NCBI GenBank assembly: GCA_964414055.1
Contig: CAYPVD010000002.1
Coordinates: 1 to 57,843 of the forward strand
DNA from: an uncultured Fibrobacteraceae bacterium
GTDB taxonomy: Bacteria > Krumholzibacteriota > Krumholzibacteriia > LZORAL124-64-63
Direction: 5' to 3'
Length of the DNA stretch: 57,843 bases
Under the pieces are notes generated by a model. That model was not told where the DNA came from. It saw nothing but the letters and a program-made list of their open reading frames with translations, and made no database searches. This document shows, piece by piece, positions 26,879 to 35,439 of the stretch (positions are counted from its first letter, which is position 1; each line of letters begins with the position of its first letter). Made by a program: the position numbers and the translations under genes.

Positions 26879-27924
26879 TGAATGAAACCGAAGTGAAGAA
26901 AATGACGGCCGAGCTTCCGGCGGCGGTAAGGGAGATCCTGGCGCCTGGGACGCCTGTGGTCGTCACAGGGTGCGCCGGCTTCATCGGCAGCACCTTGACC
27001 GAGGCCCTGCTGGGTCTGGGGTGCAGGGTCACGGGCGTGGACTGCCTGACAGATTACTACGATCCGCAGCTCAAGCGGGAGAACATGGCCGGCTTCGCAG
27101 GCAACCCCGATTTCACCTTTGTCCAGGACGATCTGCAGACCCTCGACGCCACGGCCCTGCTGCGGGGCAAGAGGGTGTGTTTCCACCTGGCGGCCCAGGC
27201 GGGAGTGCGCGCCAGTTGGGGAGAGTATTTCGCGGAGTACGTCGGGCGCAACGTGATGTCAACCCAGCGTCTGCTGGAAGCCTGTCGGCGGCCGGAAATC
27301 GCCTCTGATCTGGCGCGGTTCGTGTACTCGAGCAGCAGTTCCGTGTACGGCGACCAGGAGGTCCTGCCGGTGACCGAACAGGCCCTTCCCCAGCCGCGGT
27401 CGCCCTACGGCGTGACCAAGATGGCGGCCGAGCACCTTTGCGTCCTGTATTCCATGAACTTCGGCGTGCCCACCAGCAGCCTGCGCTACTTCACCGTCTT
27501 CGGCCCGCGCCAGCGGCCGGACATGGCCTTTCGCAAGTACATCGAGGCGGCCCTGGACGGGCGTACCTTCGAGGTCTACGGCGACGGGTCCCAGACGCGC
27601 GATTTCACCTACGTGGCCGATGCGGTGCGATCGAATCTGCTGGCCGTGGCCTGCGATTCTCCCTGGGAGGTCTTCAATACCGGCGGCGGCAGCCGCGTGG
27701 TCTTCAGCGAGGCCCTGGATATGCTTCAGGAGATCCTGACCTCCCGCGTTCCGGGTCTGAAGGCCAGCATCACCTACGGGGAGACGGCCAAGGGAGACGT
27801 GAAGAACACCTTCGCCGACCGTACCCATGTGGAAGCCGTGATCGGCTACCGGCCCACCATCAGCTTCCGGGAGGGGCTGGTCAGGGAGGCTGAGTGGGCC
27901 ATCGCCAGGAGGACGTCGGATTGA
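26878..27924 (+). CDS. NAD-dependent sugar-nucleotide epimerase (UDP-glucuronate 4-epimerase-like SDR)
   Basis: ATGA overlap. Motifs VVVTGCAGFIGS, DYYDPQLKRENM, SSSSVYG, and YGVTKMAAE (YxxxK). Confidence 0.75.
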   Translation: MNETEVKKMTAELPAAVREILAPGTPVVVTGCAGFIGSTLTEALLGLGCRVTGVDCLTDYYDPQLKRENMAGFAGNPDFTFVQDDLQTLDATALLRGKRVCFHLAAQAGVRASWGEYFAEYVGRNVMSTQRLLEACRRPEIASDLARFVYSSSSSVYGDQEVLPVTEQALPQPRSPYGVTKMAAEHLCVLYSMNFGVPTSSLRYFTVFGPRQRPDMAFRKYIEAALDGRTFEVYGDGSQTRDFTYVADAVRSNLLAVACDSPWEVFNTGGGSRVVFSEALDMLQEILTSRVPGLKASITYGETAKGDVKNTFADRTHVEAVIGYRPTISFREGLVREAEWAIARRTSD

Positions 27925-28874
27925 ACAGCGAACAGACCGGTCGGGATGAGCTGCTGGATCTGGCCATCGTGGTGCCGGCCTTCAACGAGGCCGAATCCCT
28001 GCCCGAACTCGTCCGGCGCATAACCGCCGCGGTCGAACCCCTGGGCCTGTCCCACGGGATCTGGATCATCGACGACGGCAGCAGCGACGGCACCTTCGAG
28101 GTCATCTGCAGCCTGGCGGCCGAGAATCCAGCGGTCCACGGGGTCCGTTTCGGCCGCAACTTCGGCAAGTCAGCCGCCCTGGCCGCCGGCTTCGACGAGG
28201 CCAAAGGCGACATCGTCATCACCATGGATGCCGACCTGCAGGACGATCCGGCCGAGATCCCGTCCCTGATCGCCAAGCTCCAAGAAGGCTGGGACCTGGT
28301 CTCGGGCTGGAAGCAGGACCGCAAGGACAGCTTCATCAAGAACAAGACGAGCCGGATCTTCAACTGGTTCACCAGCAGGATGTGCGGCCTGAAGCTGCAC
28401 GATTTCAACTGCGGCCTGAAGGCCTACCGGCGCCGGGTCACACGGCGGGTGCGCATCTACGGCGAGATGCACCGCTACGTGCCGGCCCTGGCCCATCTGG
28501 AGGGCTTCCGGGTCACCGAAAAGCCCGTGCGCCATTTCGCCCGCAAGTACGGCCGCACCAAGTACGGCCCGGCCCGCTTCATCAACGGTTTCCTGGACCT
28601 GCTGACGGTGTATTTCCTGCACGCCCGCCGCACTTCGCCCCTGCACATGTTCGGACGGCTGGGGCTGCTGTTCCTGACGGTCGGCGGCGGGATCAGCGCC
28701 TACTTCCTCGCCTACTGGCTGCTCGGCCACGGTCTGCACCTGCGGCCCATGCTGCTGCTGGGCCTGGTCCTGATCATCCTCTCCTTCCAGTTCATCAGCC
28801 TGGGCCTGATCGCCGAGCTGGTCGTGGCCGGGCGCCGCCCCGAGCGCGACTACAGGATCGCCGATCGTGTCTGA
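27921..28874 (+). CDS. polyprenyl-phosphate sugar synthase, GT2 (GtrB/ArnC/CsbB-like) with two C-terminal TM helices
   Basis: TTG 27921 with AGGAGG 8 nt upstream (track start 27894 also possible). Motifs VVPAFNEAESL, IIDDGSSDGT, FGRNFGKSAALAAG, TMDADLQDDP, GWKQDRKDS. C-terminal helices LLFLTVGGGISAYFLAYWL and LLLGLVLIILSFQFISLGLI. Confidence 0.8.
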   Translation: MNSEQTGRDELLDLAIVVPAFNEAESLPELVRRITAAVEPLGLSHGIWIIDDGSSDGTFEVICSLAAENPAVHGVRFGRNFGKSAALAAGFDEAKGDIVITMDADLQDDPAEIPSLIAKLQEGWDLVSGWKQDRKDSFIKNKTSRIFNWFTSRMCGLKLHDFNCGLKAYRRRVTRRVRIYGEMHRYVPALAHLEGFRVTEKPVRHFARKYGRTKYGPARFINGFLDLLTVYFLHARRTSPLHMFGRLGLLFLTVGGGISAYFLAYWLLGHGLHLRPMLLLGLVLIILSFQFISLGLIAELVVAGRRPERDYRIADRV

Positions 28875-29799
28875 GGGTACCGGGCGCAGGGAAGAGGGCG
28901 GTCTGCCGCCGCTGGCTGTGGTGGTCATAAACTGGAACGGCCGCGAGGTCCTGGCCGATTGCCTGGGGTCCTTGGCCCAGGAGAGCTATCCCGCGCTGCG
29001 CCTGATCATGGTGGACAACGCCTCGGCAGATGATTCGGTGGCCTGGACCAGGCGGCACCATCCCGAGGTCGAGATCCTCGTCTCGGACCGGAACCTGCGC
29101 TGGGCCGGCGGCTGCAACCTGGCCCTCAGGGCCCTCCAGCGGGAGGGTTTCGCGGGCTGGATCCTGTTGCTGAACAACGACACGGTGGTGCCCGAGGGCA
29201 GTCTGCGGCGGCTGGTCGAGGCGGTTGCCTGCGTACCCGAGGCCTGGGCCGGAACACCGCGGATATGTTACGCCTCCGACCCCGGGCGCATCTGGTACGA
29301 CGGCGGGATCATCGGCCGCTGGTGCGGCTGGGTGCGGCACAAGGGGATCCGGATGGTGGCGGGAGATCTGCCCCTGGATTCCCGGTTCGTGGACTACGGG
29401 ACCGGTTGCGCCCTGCTGGTGGGGCAGAAGGCCCTGGCGCAGGTGGGGCTGTTCGACGAGGACTTTCATTTCTACGGGGAAGACGCCGACTATTCCCTGC
29501 GGATCCTGGCGGCAGGTGGCAGGATTCTCCATGTGCCGCGGTCCATCGTGCTGCACAAGGTCAGCATGTCCGTGGGCGAGTCCTCGCCGCTGAAGGTCTG
29601 GTTGCGCAACCGCAGCCACTGGCGCCTGCTGCGCAAGCACTGGCGCTGGTACCGGTGGCCCCTGCTGGCGGTCTGCCAACTGGTGTACCTGTCCGGGCAC
29701 ACCGTCTTTCACCTGTGGCACGGGCGCATGGGCACGGCAGCGGCGGTCTGGCTCGGCATTATCGACGAGATCCGGGACCGGCCCTATCCCCGCCGGTAG
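28867..29799 (+). CDS. glycosyltransferase family 2 (soluble, rhamnosyltransferase-like)
   Basis: Overlaps the upstream stop. Motifs VVVINWNGREVLADCLGSL, MVDNASADDS, GCALLVGQKAL, FFYGEDADYSLR-like block (FHFYGEDADYSLR). Confidence 0.75.
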   Translation: MSEGTGRREEGGLPPLAVVVINWNGREVLADCLGSLAQESYPALRLIMVDNASADDSVAWTRRHHPEVEILVSDRNLRWAGGCNLALRALQREGFAGWILLLNNDTVVPEGSLRRLVEAVACVPEAWAGTPRICYASDPGRIWYDGGIIGRWCGWVRHKGIRMVAGDLPLDSRFVDYGTGCALLVGQKALAQVGLFDEDFHFYGEDADYSLRILAAGGRILHVPRSIVLHKVSMSVGESSPLKVWLRNRSHWRLLRKHWRWYRWPLLAVCQLVYLSGHTVFHLWHGRMGTAAAVWLGIIDEIRDRPYPRR

Positions 29800-29969
29800 G
29801 CGGGCGGCCCCGGGATTCGGCCGGGTCTTTCCGGGTGGCGGCATTGGACAGCCGCGGTCCGTAATGATATGATTCGACATGGTTTGTAACGCAACCTGAC
29901 GGGCCTGGTTCAGTGCCCTCGCCTTCCCCGCAGGGGATTTTCCCGGGAGGCCCCGTGGCCAAGCAACGT

Positions 29970-32540
29970 ATGCGACATCCGGCCTCGACCAGCACCGAGA
30001 CTGGCGGCAGTGGTCTGTCCGCGGCCGGCCCGGCCCGTTGGTTGGCCTGCGACCAAGGCTGGGGCTACTGGCTGAAGATGACGGTCCTGATCCTGGTGGT
30101 GCTGGCGATCATCTATCCCGAGGCCGTGTTCCGGGGCGAGGTCTTCCGGAGCAGCGACGCCGGCAATTCCCTCATGTTCTCGCAGATCGGCGACCAGGCC
30201 CTGTCCCGTGGCGAGTATCCCCTGTGGAATCCCTACCTTTTCGCGGGCATGCCGAGCTTCGGCTCCCTGGCCTACGTGAAGTACCTGTACCCGCCCGGGA
30301 TTCTGTTCAACTTCCTGCAGAACAGCCTGGGCTTTCCTCCCTTGACTTGGATGCTGGGGCATCTGCTGTTCGGCGGTCTGGGGATGGTCTGGCTGTTGCG
30401 CCGCTGGAAGCTGGGCCAGGGCGAGGTTCTTTTGGGCGTGGTGATCTGGCTGCTGTTTCCCAAGGTGGTGGCCTGGGGCGTGCACGGCCACGGCTCCAAG
30501 CTGGGGGCGGCCATGTATCTGCCCTGGCTCGTCGGTTGGACCTTGCGCATCCTGGACGGCGGCCGCCTGCGGGCTATCGCCGTGACCGGTCTGCTGGTGG
30601 GGCTGCAACTGCTTCGCGGTCACATCCAGATCGCCTATTACAGCCTCGGCCTCATGGCCTGGTTGGCCGTGTGGGCCGTGTTGTGGCCCATGGAAACCCC
30701 TTGGCGGGGGGTGTCCCCGGGCGTGCGTCTGCAGCGGGCCGGAAGACTGGTGGCGGGGTTGGCCCTGGGCTTCCTCATCGCGGGGATCCTCCTGGTGCCG
30801 GTCCAGCGCTACGCCAAGGTCTCCATCCGGGGCCAGGACACCTCCGGCGGGGGGGGGGTGGGCCTGGCCTACGCCACCGGATGGTCCCTGTCGCCCCAGG
30901 AAATGCCCACCCTGGTGCTGCCTTCGGATGCCGGTTTCGGCCAGGCGACCTACATGGGACGCATGCCGTTCACCGATTACCCCAACTACGTCGGGTGGCT
31001 CGTCCTGTTGCTGGCGGGGCTGGCCTGGGGCCGGGGCCGCCGGCGCTGGGCCGTGGTCTGGGGCGTGTTGGCTTTGCTGGCCATCCTGGTTTCCTGGGGC
31101 AACTACGGTTTCGGGTTCTACGAACTGCTGTACCGCCATCTGCCCTTCTTCAACAAGTTCCGGGTTCCTTCGATGATCCTGATCCTGGTGTCCTTCGCCC
31201 TGGCGGTGACCGCTCCGCGCGGGCTGGCCGCATGGCGCGAAAGGCGTGCCGTCGGGCCCCGGTGGTTGCCCGTGGCGGTCTGCGGGATCCTGGGTCTGGT
31301 GCTGCTGCTGGCCGGGGGACTGTCCCTGGCTCACCAGGGATATGTGGACCATCTGCAGAAGCTCGCGGGGCTGGAACAGAAACCCACGGCCCCGGTCCTT
31401 CTGGAAGCGGCCTGGGACATGCAGAAGAACGATCTGGTCAGGATCGGATTCTTCCTGTTGCTGGCCGCCGGGGCGTTCCAACTGGCCCGTTGGAAAGAGG
31501 GGTTCGCCCGCTACGGTCTGCCCTGGGTGCTGTGCCTGCTGGTGGTGGCGGATCTGGGTCGGGTGGATGCACGGATCACCCATCCGGAGGATTTCCTGCT
31601 GCGGGTAGGGCAGGGGCAGGGAGGACAGGCGGCCCTGATGCCGGCGGTGCCCCTGGTGACGGACCCACCATCCCGGGATGTCGCCAGCGGACCCCACGCG
31701 GATGTCATCAAGCGCGAACTGGGGCACGACAGGTTGTTCCCCCTGGGGCAGGACGGGAGCCGCAACACCTGGATGGCCGACGGCATCAGGTCCCTGGGCG
31801 GATACCACCCGGCCAAGCTGGCGGCCTTCGAGACCATTCGCAAGCGGTTGTACGGACAGTTGCCCGCCGGGCGCATCGCCGCCTGGCTGGCTGCCAGGCT
31901 CGTGAGCTTCGACCGGCCATTCAATGAGCAGGAGTTGTCGCTGCTGGCCGAACAGGGCCTGGATCTTGTGCCGCGGCCTTTGACCAGGAGTGCGCCTTAC
32001 CTGTACAGGATGCGGTCCTATCTTCCGCGGGCCCGCTTGGTGTCGCGCTGGGAACCCGTGGCGGCGTTGCCGGGCGGGGACGACCTGGGCTCCTTCCTGG
32101 ATGGGATCCAGGCCGGTATCGTCGATCCGGGCGCCGTAGTGCACCTGGCCGGGGATCTGCGCGGGGTACCGGATGTCGCCGCGGATACGGAAGGAGAGTC
32201 CGCTCTGCCGGCCGTGAAGTTCCTCGTCGACGGCATGAACGAGGTCGTGCTGCAGACCTCGACCCCCGTGGCCGCGGTGCTGGTCCTGGCGGACATGAAC
32301 GCCCCGGGCTGGCGGGTGCTGGTCGATGGCCGACCCAGGCCGCTGCTGACGGCGGATCTCGTGCTGCGGGCCGTGGCGATCGAACCGGGGGAGCACGAGG
32401 TACGCTTCGTCTACGGGGATCCGGCCGTGAAATTGGGATTGATCCTGACCGTCAGTGGCGTGATCATCGTCCTGTTCCTGCTGCTGGGGGATTTCTTCCT
32501 GATGCGGCGTGCAAGAGCTACCGGAGGTCAAGAGGCATGA
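29970..32540 (+). CDS. YfhO-like polytopic membrane glycosyltransferase (GT-C type)
   Basis: ATG 29970 (alternatives GTG 29913, ATG 30078). YfhO-like N-terminus FRSSDAGNSLMFSQIGDQALSRGEYPLWNPYLFAGMPSFGS, more than 10 TM helices, a large C-terminal non-membrane domain and a terminal TM helix. Confidence 0.65.
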   Translation: MRHPASTSTETGGSGLSAAGPARWLACDQGWGYWLKMTVLILVVLAIIYPEAVFRGEVFRSSDAGNSLMFSQIGDQALSRGEYPLWNPYLFAGMPSFGSLAYVKYLYPPGILFNFLQNSLGFPPLTWMLGHLLFGGLGMVWLLRRWKLGQGEVLLGVVIWLLFPKVVAWGVHGHGSKLGAAMYLPWLVGWTLRILDGGRLRAIAVTGLLVGLQLLRGHIQIAYYSLGLMAWLAVWAVLWPMETPWRGVSPGVRLQRAGRLVAGLALGFLIAGILLVPVQRYAKVSIRGQDTSGGGGVGLAYATGWSLSPQEMPTLVLPSDAGFGQATYMGRMPFTDYPNYVGWLVLLLAGLAWGRGRRRWAVVWGVLALLAILVSWGNYGFGFYELLYRHLPFFNKFRVPSMILILVSFALAVTAPRGLAAWRERRAVGPRWLPVAVCGILGLVLLLAGGLSLAHQGYVDHLQKLAGLEQKPTAPVLLEAAWDMQKNDLVRIGFFLLLAAGAFQLARWKEGFARYGLPWVLCLLVVADLGRVDARITHPEDFLLRVGQGQGGQAALMPAVPLVTDPPSRDVASGPHADVIKRELGHDRLFPLGQDGSRNTWMADGIRSLGGYHPAKLAAFETIRKRLYGQLPAGRIAAWLAARLVSFDRPFNEQELSLLAEQGLDLVPRPLTRSAPYLYRMRSYLPRARLVSRWEPVAALPGGDDLGSFLDGIQAGIVDPGAVVHLAGDLRGVPDVAADTEGESALPAVKFLVDGMNEVVLQTSTPVAAVLVLADMNAPGWRVLVDGRPRPLLTADLVLRAVAIEPGEHEVRFVYGDPAVKLGLILTVSGVIIVLFLLLGDFFLMRRARATGGQEA
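30849..30858 (+). repeat. G10 homopolymer inside the YfhO-like gene
   Basis: Read directly (tcc ggc ggg ggg ggg gtg = SGGGGV). It is the longest homopolymer I found in the window. Confidence 0.9.
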
Positions 32541-33292
32541 ACGAGAACCGGGGCGGTTCCGGCGTCACTCCGCCTTTGAACCTGCGCAAGGCCGTGGTGG
32601 TGGTGCCCACCTACAACGAGGCCGAGAACGTAGGCAGATTGCTGCCCCTGATCCTTGAACAGGATCCGCGGCTGTCCGTGCTCGTGGTCGACGACAGCTC
32701 GCCCGACGGGACCGCCGATGTGGTCAAGGGTCTGCCGGAGTTCGGCGACCGCATCCTCATCCTCGAGCGCCCGCTCAAGGAAGGGCTGGGCGCGGCCTAC
32801 ATCGCGGGTTTCCAGTGGATCCTGGCCAACACCGATTTCGAGGCCGTGTTCGAGATGGATGCGGATTTCAGCCACGATCCTGCGGCCCTGCCGCTTTTCC
32901 TCGAACACATCGAGACCCACGACTTGGTCCTGGGCAGTCGTTATCTGCACGGCATCACGGTGGTGAACTGGCCGTTGCGGCGCCTGGTCCTGAGCGTGGG
33001 CGCCAACATGTACGCGCGGTGGGTGACGGGTCTGCCCATCAAGGACAGCACCGGCGGGTTCAAGTGTTTCCGGCGGACGACTCTCGAACAGCTGCCCCTG
33101 GACAGGATCAAGAGCGACGGCTATTCCTTCCAGATCGAGATGAACTACCACTGCTGGAAGCGCGGCCTGACCATCAAGGAAATTCCCATCATGTTCGTAG
33201 ACCGGCAGGTCGGAGTCTCGAAGATGTCCAAACGGATAATCCTGGAGGCCATGTTCATGGTCTGGACCCTGCGTCTGCGGCGCATACCTTGA
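32537..33292 (+). CDS. polyprenol-phosphate mannose synthase-like GT2 (Dpm1/Ppm1-like)
   Basis: ATGA overlap. Motifs VVVPTYNEAENV, VVDDSSPDGT, KEGLGAAYIAGF, FEMDADFSHDP, VLGSRY, DSTGGFKCF. Confidence 0.8.
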   Translation: MNENRGGSGVTPPLNLRKAVVVVPTYNEAENVGRLLPLILEQDPRLSVLVVDDSSPDGTADVVKGLPEFGDRILILERPLKEGLGAAYIAGFQWILANTDFEAVFEMDADFSHDPAALPLFLEHIETHDLVLGSRYLHGITVVNWPLRRLVLSVGANMYARWVTGLPIKDSTGGFKCFRRTTLEQLPLDRIKSDGYSFQIEMNYHCWKRGLTIKEIPIMFVDRQVGVSKMSKRIILEAMFMVWTLRLRRIP

Positions 33293-33303
33293 GGTCCCCC
33301 GGG

Positions 33304-35439
33304 GTGTCCGCCGTTGCAGACAGGGACAGGGACGGGATCCTGGACCTAGGGATCGTCATCGTCCACTTCAACAGCAGCGCCGACCTCCAGCGTTGCCTGG
33401 AATCGATCTTCGCCAACCCGCCTTCCTGTTCCTTCCGGGTCACCGTGGTGGACAACGCCTCCACGGATCCGGGACTGGCCGCGGTCAGGGAACGGTTCAC
33501 CGGTGTGGATTGGCTTCTCAACAGTCAGAACACCGGATATGCACGTGGTTGCAATCAGGGCATGGCGGCCCATCCGGCGGCGTGGTACCTGATCCTCAAC
33601 CCCGACATCGTCGTGCAGCCGGGGGCCATCGACGGTCTGCTCCATTGCGGCCGTTCCCATCCCCGCGCCGGGATCATCGGGCCCCAGCTGCTGAACGAGG
33701 ACGGTTCCATCCAGGAGTCCTGCCGCCGTTTCTACACCCTGGGCACCCTCTTGCTCAGGCGCACCTTCCTCGGCAGGCTTTTTCCCCGCAGCAGCATCGT
33801 TCAGCGTCACCTGATGCGCGATTTCGATCACAACACGACCCGGCCCGTGGACTGGGTGCTGGGCGGCTGCATGCTGGTCAGCGGCCAGGCCCTCGAGCGG
33901 ACCGGTCCCATGGACGAACGCTTCTTTCTCTATTTCGAGGACGTTGACTGGTGCTACCGGATGTGGCAGGCCGGTTGCGAGGTGCTCTACACGCCGGACG
34001 CGCGTTTTCAGCACCGGCATCGGCGTGCCAGCGCGCAGAGGACCTTCAACCGCTCCTTCTGGCTGCATCTGGGCAGCATGATCTCCTTCTACGAGAAATG
34101 GGGTCTGCTGGTCTGGCTGGTCAAACGCTGGCGGGAACCCATGTTGATGCTGCTCTTCTGGCTCCTGGACATGACCTTCGTGGGCGGAGGCTTCGTGCTG
34201 GCGTATGGGCTGCGCAAGTTGGCCGGCCGGTTCTTTCCCCAGGAGCTCTTCGCCTTCAGCGAGTATACGCCCCTGTTGATCTACACCCTGCTGCTGTCCA
34301 CGGTGGTCTTCCTGGGCAGCGGACGGTATGCTCCCGGCAGCCTGCGCGGGGGATCGCAGCCGGTGCGCGATCTGCAGCGTGCCGGCACGATTTTCATGCT
34401 GCTGCTTGCCAGCACGTACCTGGGACACATGGAGGTTATCAGCCGGGCCGTCCTGTTGATCTATCTGCCCCTGCTGGTGACCGTCGTCCCGGGGACCCGT
34501 CGGCTGCTGAACCTGGTGCTGCACAGGCTGGAACGGGGACGTCTGGCCCTGGAGAGGACCCTGCTGGTGGGAACCCACGGACGGATCGCGGCCTGGCTGA
34601 AAGATGCGGGAGATCCTGTGGCCGAGGGGGTGGACCTGGTGGGCTATGTCTGTCCCCGCGAAGGCACTGGCGTGCTGCCACCCCTGGGCGGTGGTAGAAT
34701 CCCCTGGCTGGGCGAGCCTGCCGATCTCGACGCCGTGGTCCGCCGCTACCGCGCCGGGCAGGTGGTCATCTGGCCCGAGGACGAGGCCGGGCCGGGGACC
34801 CTGCGCATGTGGGGCAAGTTGCGCCGACTGGGCGTGCGCCTGCGGTGGCAGACGGGACATTCATGGTTGCTGGCGGCCGGTGCCCGCGTCGAGGTGTTCG
34901 GAGGCGGGCTCGGGGCGGTGCGGGGAGTGAACCAGGCCTCGTTGTTGAAGGGGGCGGCACGGCGTCTGGTGGATCTGGTCGGGGGTGTGCTGCTGATGAT
35001 CATCTGCGGTCCCTTCAGACTGTGGGACCGGATCAGGGGTCGTTCCAGGCACCATTTCCGGTCGGAATCGTTGCGTTTGCGCGACCCCTGGGGGTTCGAT
35101 CCGGAACTCCGGGTGCTGGTTTCCGACGAGGATGCCGTATTGCCCCTGGCATGGCAGTGGGATCTTGGGTGCGCCCTCTTGAGGGGCAGGATCACCCTGG
35201 TGGGACCCTGGTGCCTAGCCGACGGACTCCAGTGGCGGGAGCCTGATCCCGAGGGTATGCTGGTTTTCTGGGGCAGCGATCCTGTACCATGCGCCCTGTG
35301 GGCCTCCGGTCGGGCCCGGGGCTGGGCCGGTTTCCGCTATTTCTGGTCACATCCGGGTGGCTTGTCCCGGTGGCATGTTCCTGCTGCCGACGGCGACCAG
35401 CCCGGTGCGGCCGTTGCTGAACATAACGAGGTGGAATGA
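33304..35439 (+). CDS. fusion protein: GT2 glycosyltransferase, polytopic/CoA-binding-like region, and divergent bacterial sugar transferase (PGT) domain
   Basis: Track ORF 32815..35439 trimmed to GTG 33304. N-terminus IVIVHFNSSADLQRCL, VVDNASTD, GGCMLVSGQAL, FLYFEDVDWCYR. Middle TM block and ERTLLVGTHGRIA, as in WbaP-type enzymes. C-terminus ARRLVDLVGGVLLMIICGPF...WDLGCALLRGRITLVGPW resembles but deviates from KR..D...LDELPQL.NVL.G.MSLVGPRP. Confidence 0.6.
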   Translation: MSAVADRDRDGILDLGIVIVHFNSSADLQRCLESIFANPPSCSFRVTVVDNASTDPGLAAVRERFTGVDWLLNSQNTGYARGCNQGMAAHPAAWYLILNPDIVVQPGAIDGLLHCGRSHPRAGIIGPQLLNEDGSIQESCRRFYTLGTLLLRRTFLGRLFPRSSIVQRHLMRDFDHNTTRPVDWVLGGCMLVSGQALERTGPMDERFFLYFEDVDWCYRMWQAGCEVLYTPDARFQHRHRRASAQRTFNRSFWLHLGSMISFYEKWGLLVWLVKRWREPMLMLLFWLLDMTFVGGGFVLAYGLRKLAGRFFPQELFAFSEYTPLLIYTLLLSTVVFLGSGRYAPGSLRGGSQPVRDLQRAGTIFMLLLASTYLGHMEVISRAVLLIYLPLLVTVVPGTRRLLNLVLHRLERGRLALERTLLVGTHGRIAAWLKDAGDPVAEGVDLVGYVCPREGTGVLPPLGGGRIPWLGEPADLDAVVRRYRAGQVVIWPEDEAGPGTLRMWGKLRRLGVRLRWQTGHSWLLAAGARVEVFGGGLGAVRGVNQASLLKGAARRLVDLVGGVLLMIICGPFRLWDRIRGRSRHHFRSESLRLRDPWGFDPELRVLVSDEDAVLPLAWQWDLGCALLRGRITLVGPWCLADGLQWREPDPEGMLVFWGSDPVPCALWASGRARGWAGFRYFWSHPGGLSRWHVPAADGDQPGAAVAEHNEVE

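Noticed and set aside
29910-32531. 873-aa minus-strand ORF antisense to the YfhO-like gene. Similar long antisense ORFs lie at 53078..55699, 24452..26860, 17686..19698, 41497..43182, 47096..48874 and 48946..50589.
   Set aside because: All lie opposite genes with clear family motifs. They translate to Arg/Gly/Pro/His-rich low-complexity sequence and have no independent start context. They are an expected artefact of roughly two-thirds G+C DNA.
32815-33303. N-terminal extension of track ORF 32815..35439. Analogous extensions occur at 16340..16588, 18951..19715, 55126..55698, 8411..8581, 26632..26877, 39186..39311 and 46242..46403.
   Set aside because: Each extension overlaps the preceding well-supported gene, or in one case the FMN riboswitch. 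Each is low complexity and is followed by a start codon that gives a canonical N-terminus and often a 4-nt overlap with the upstream stop.
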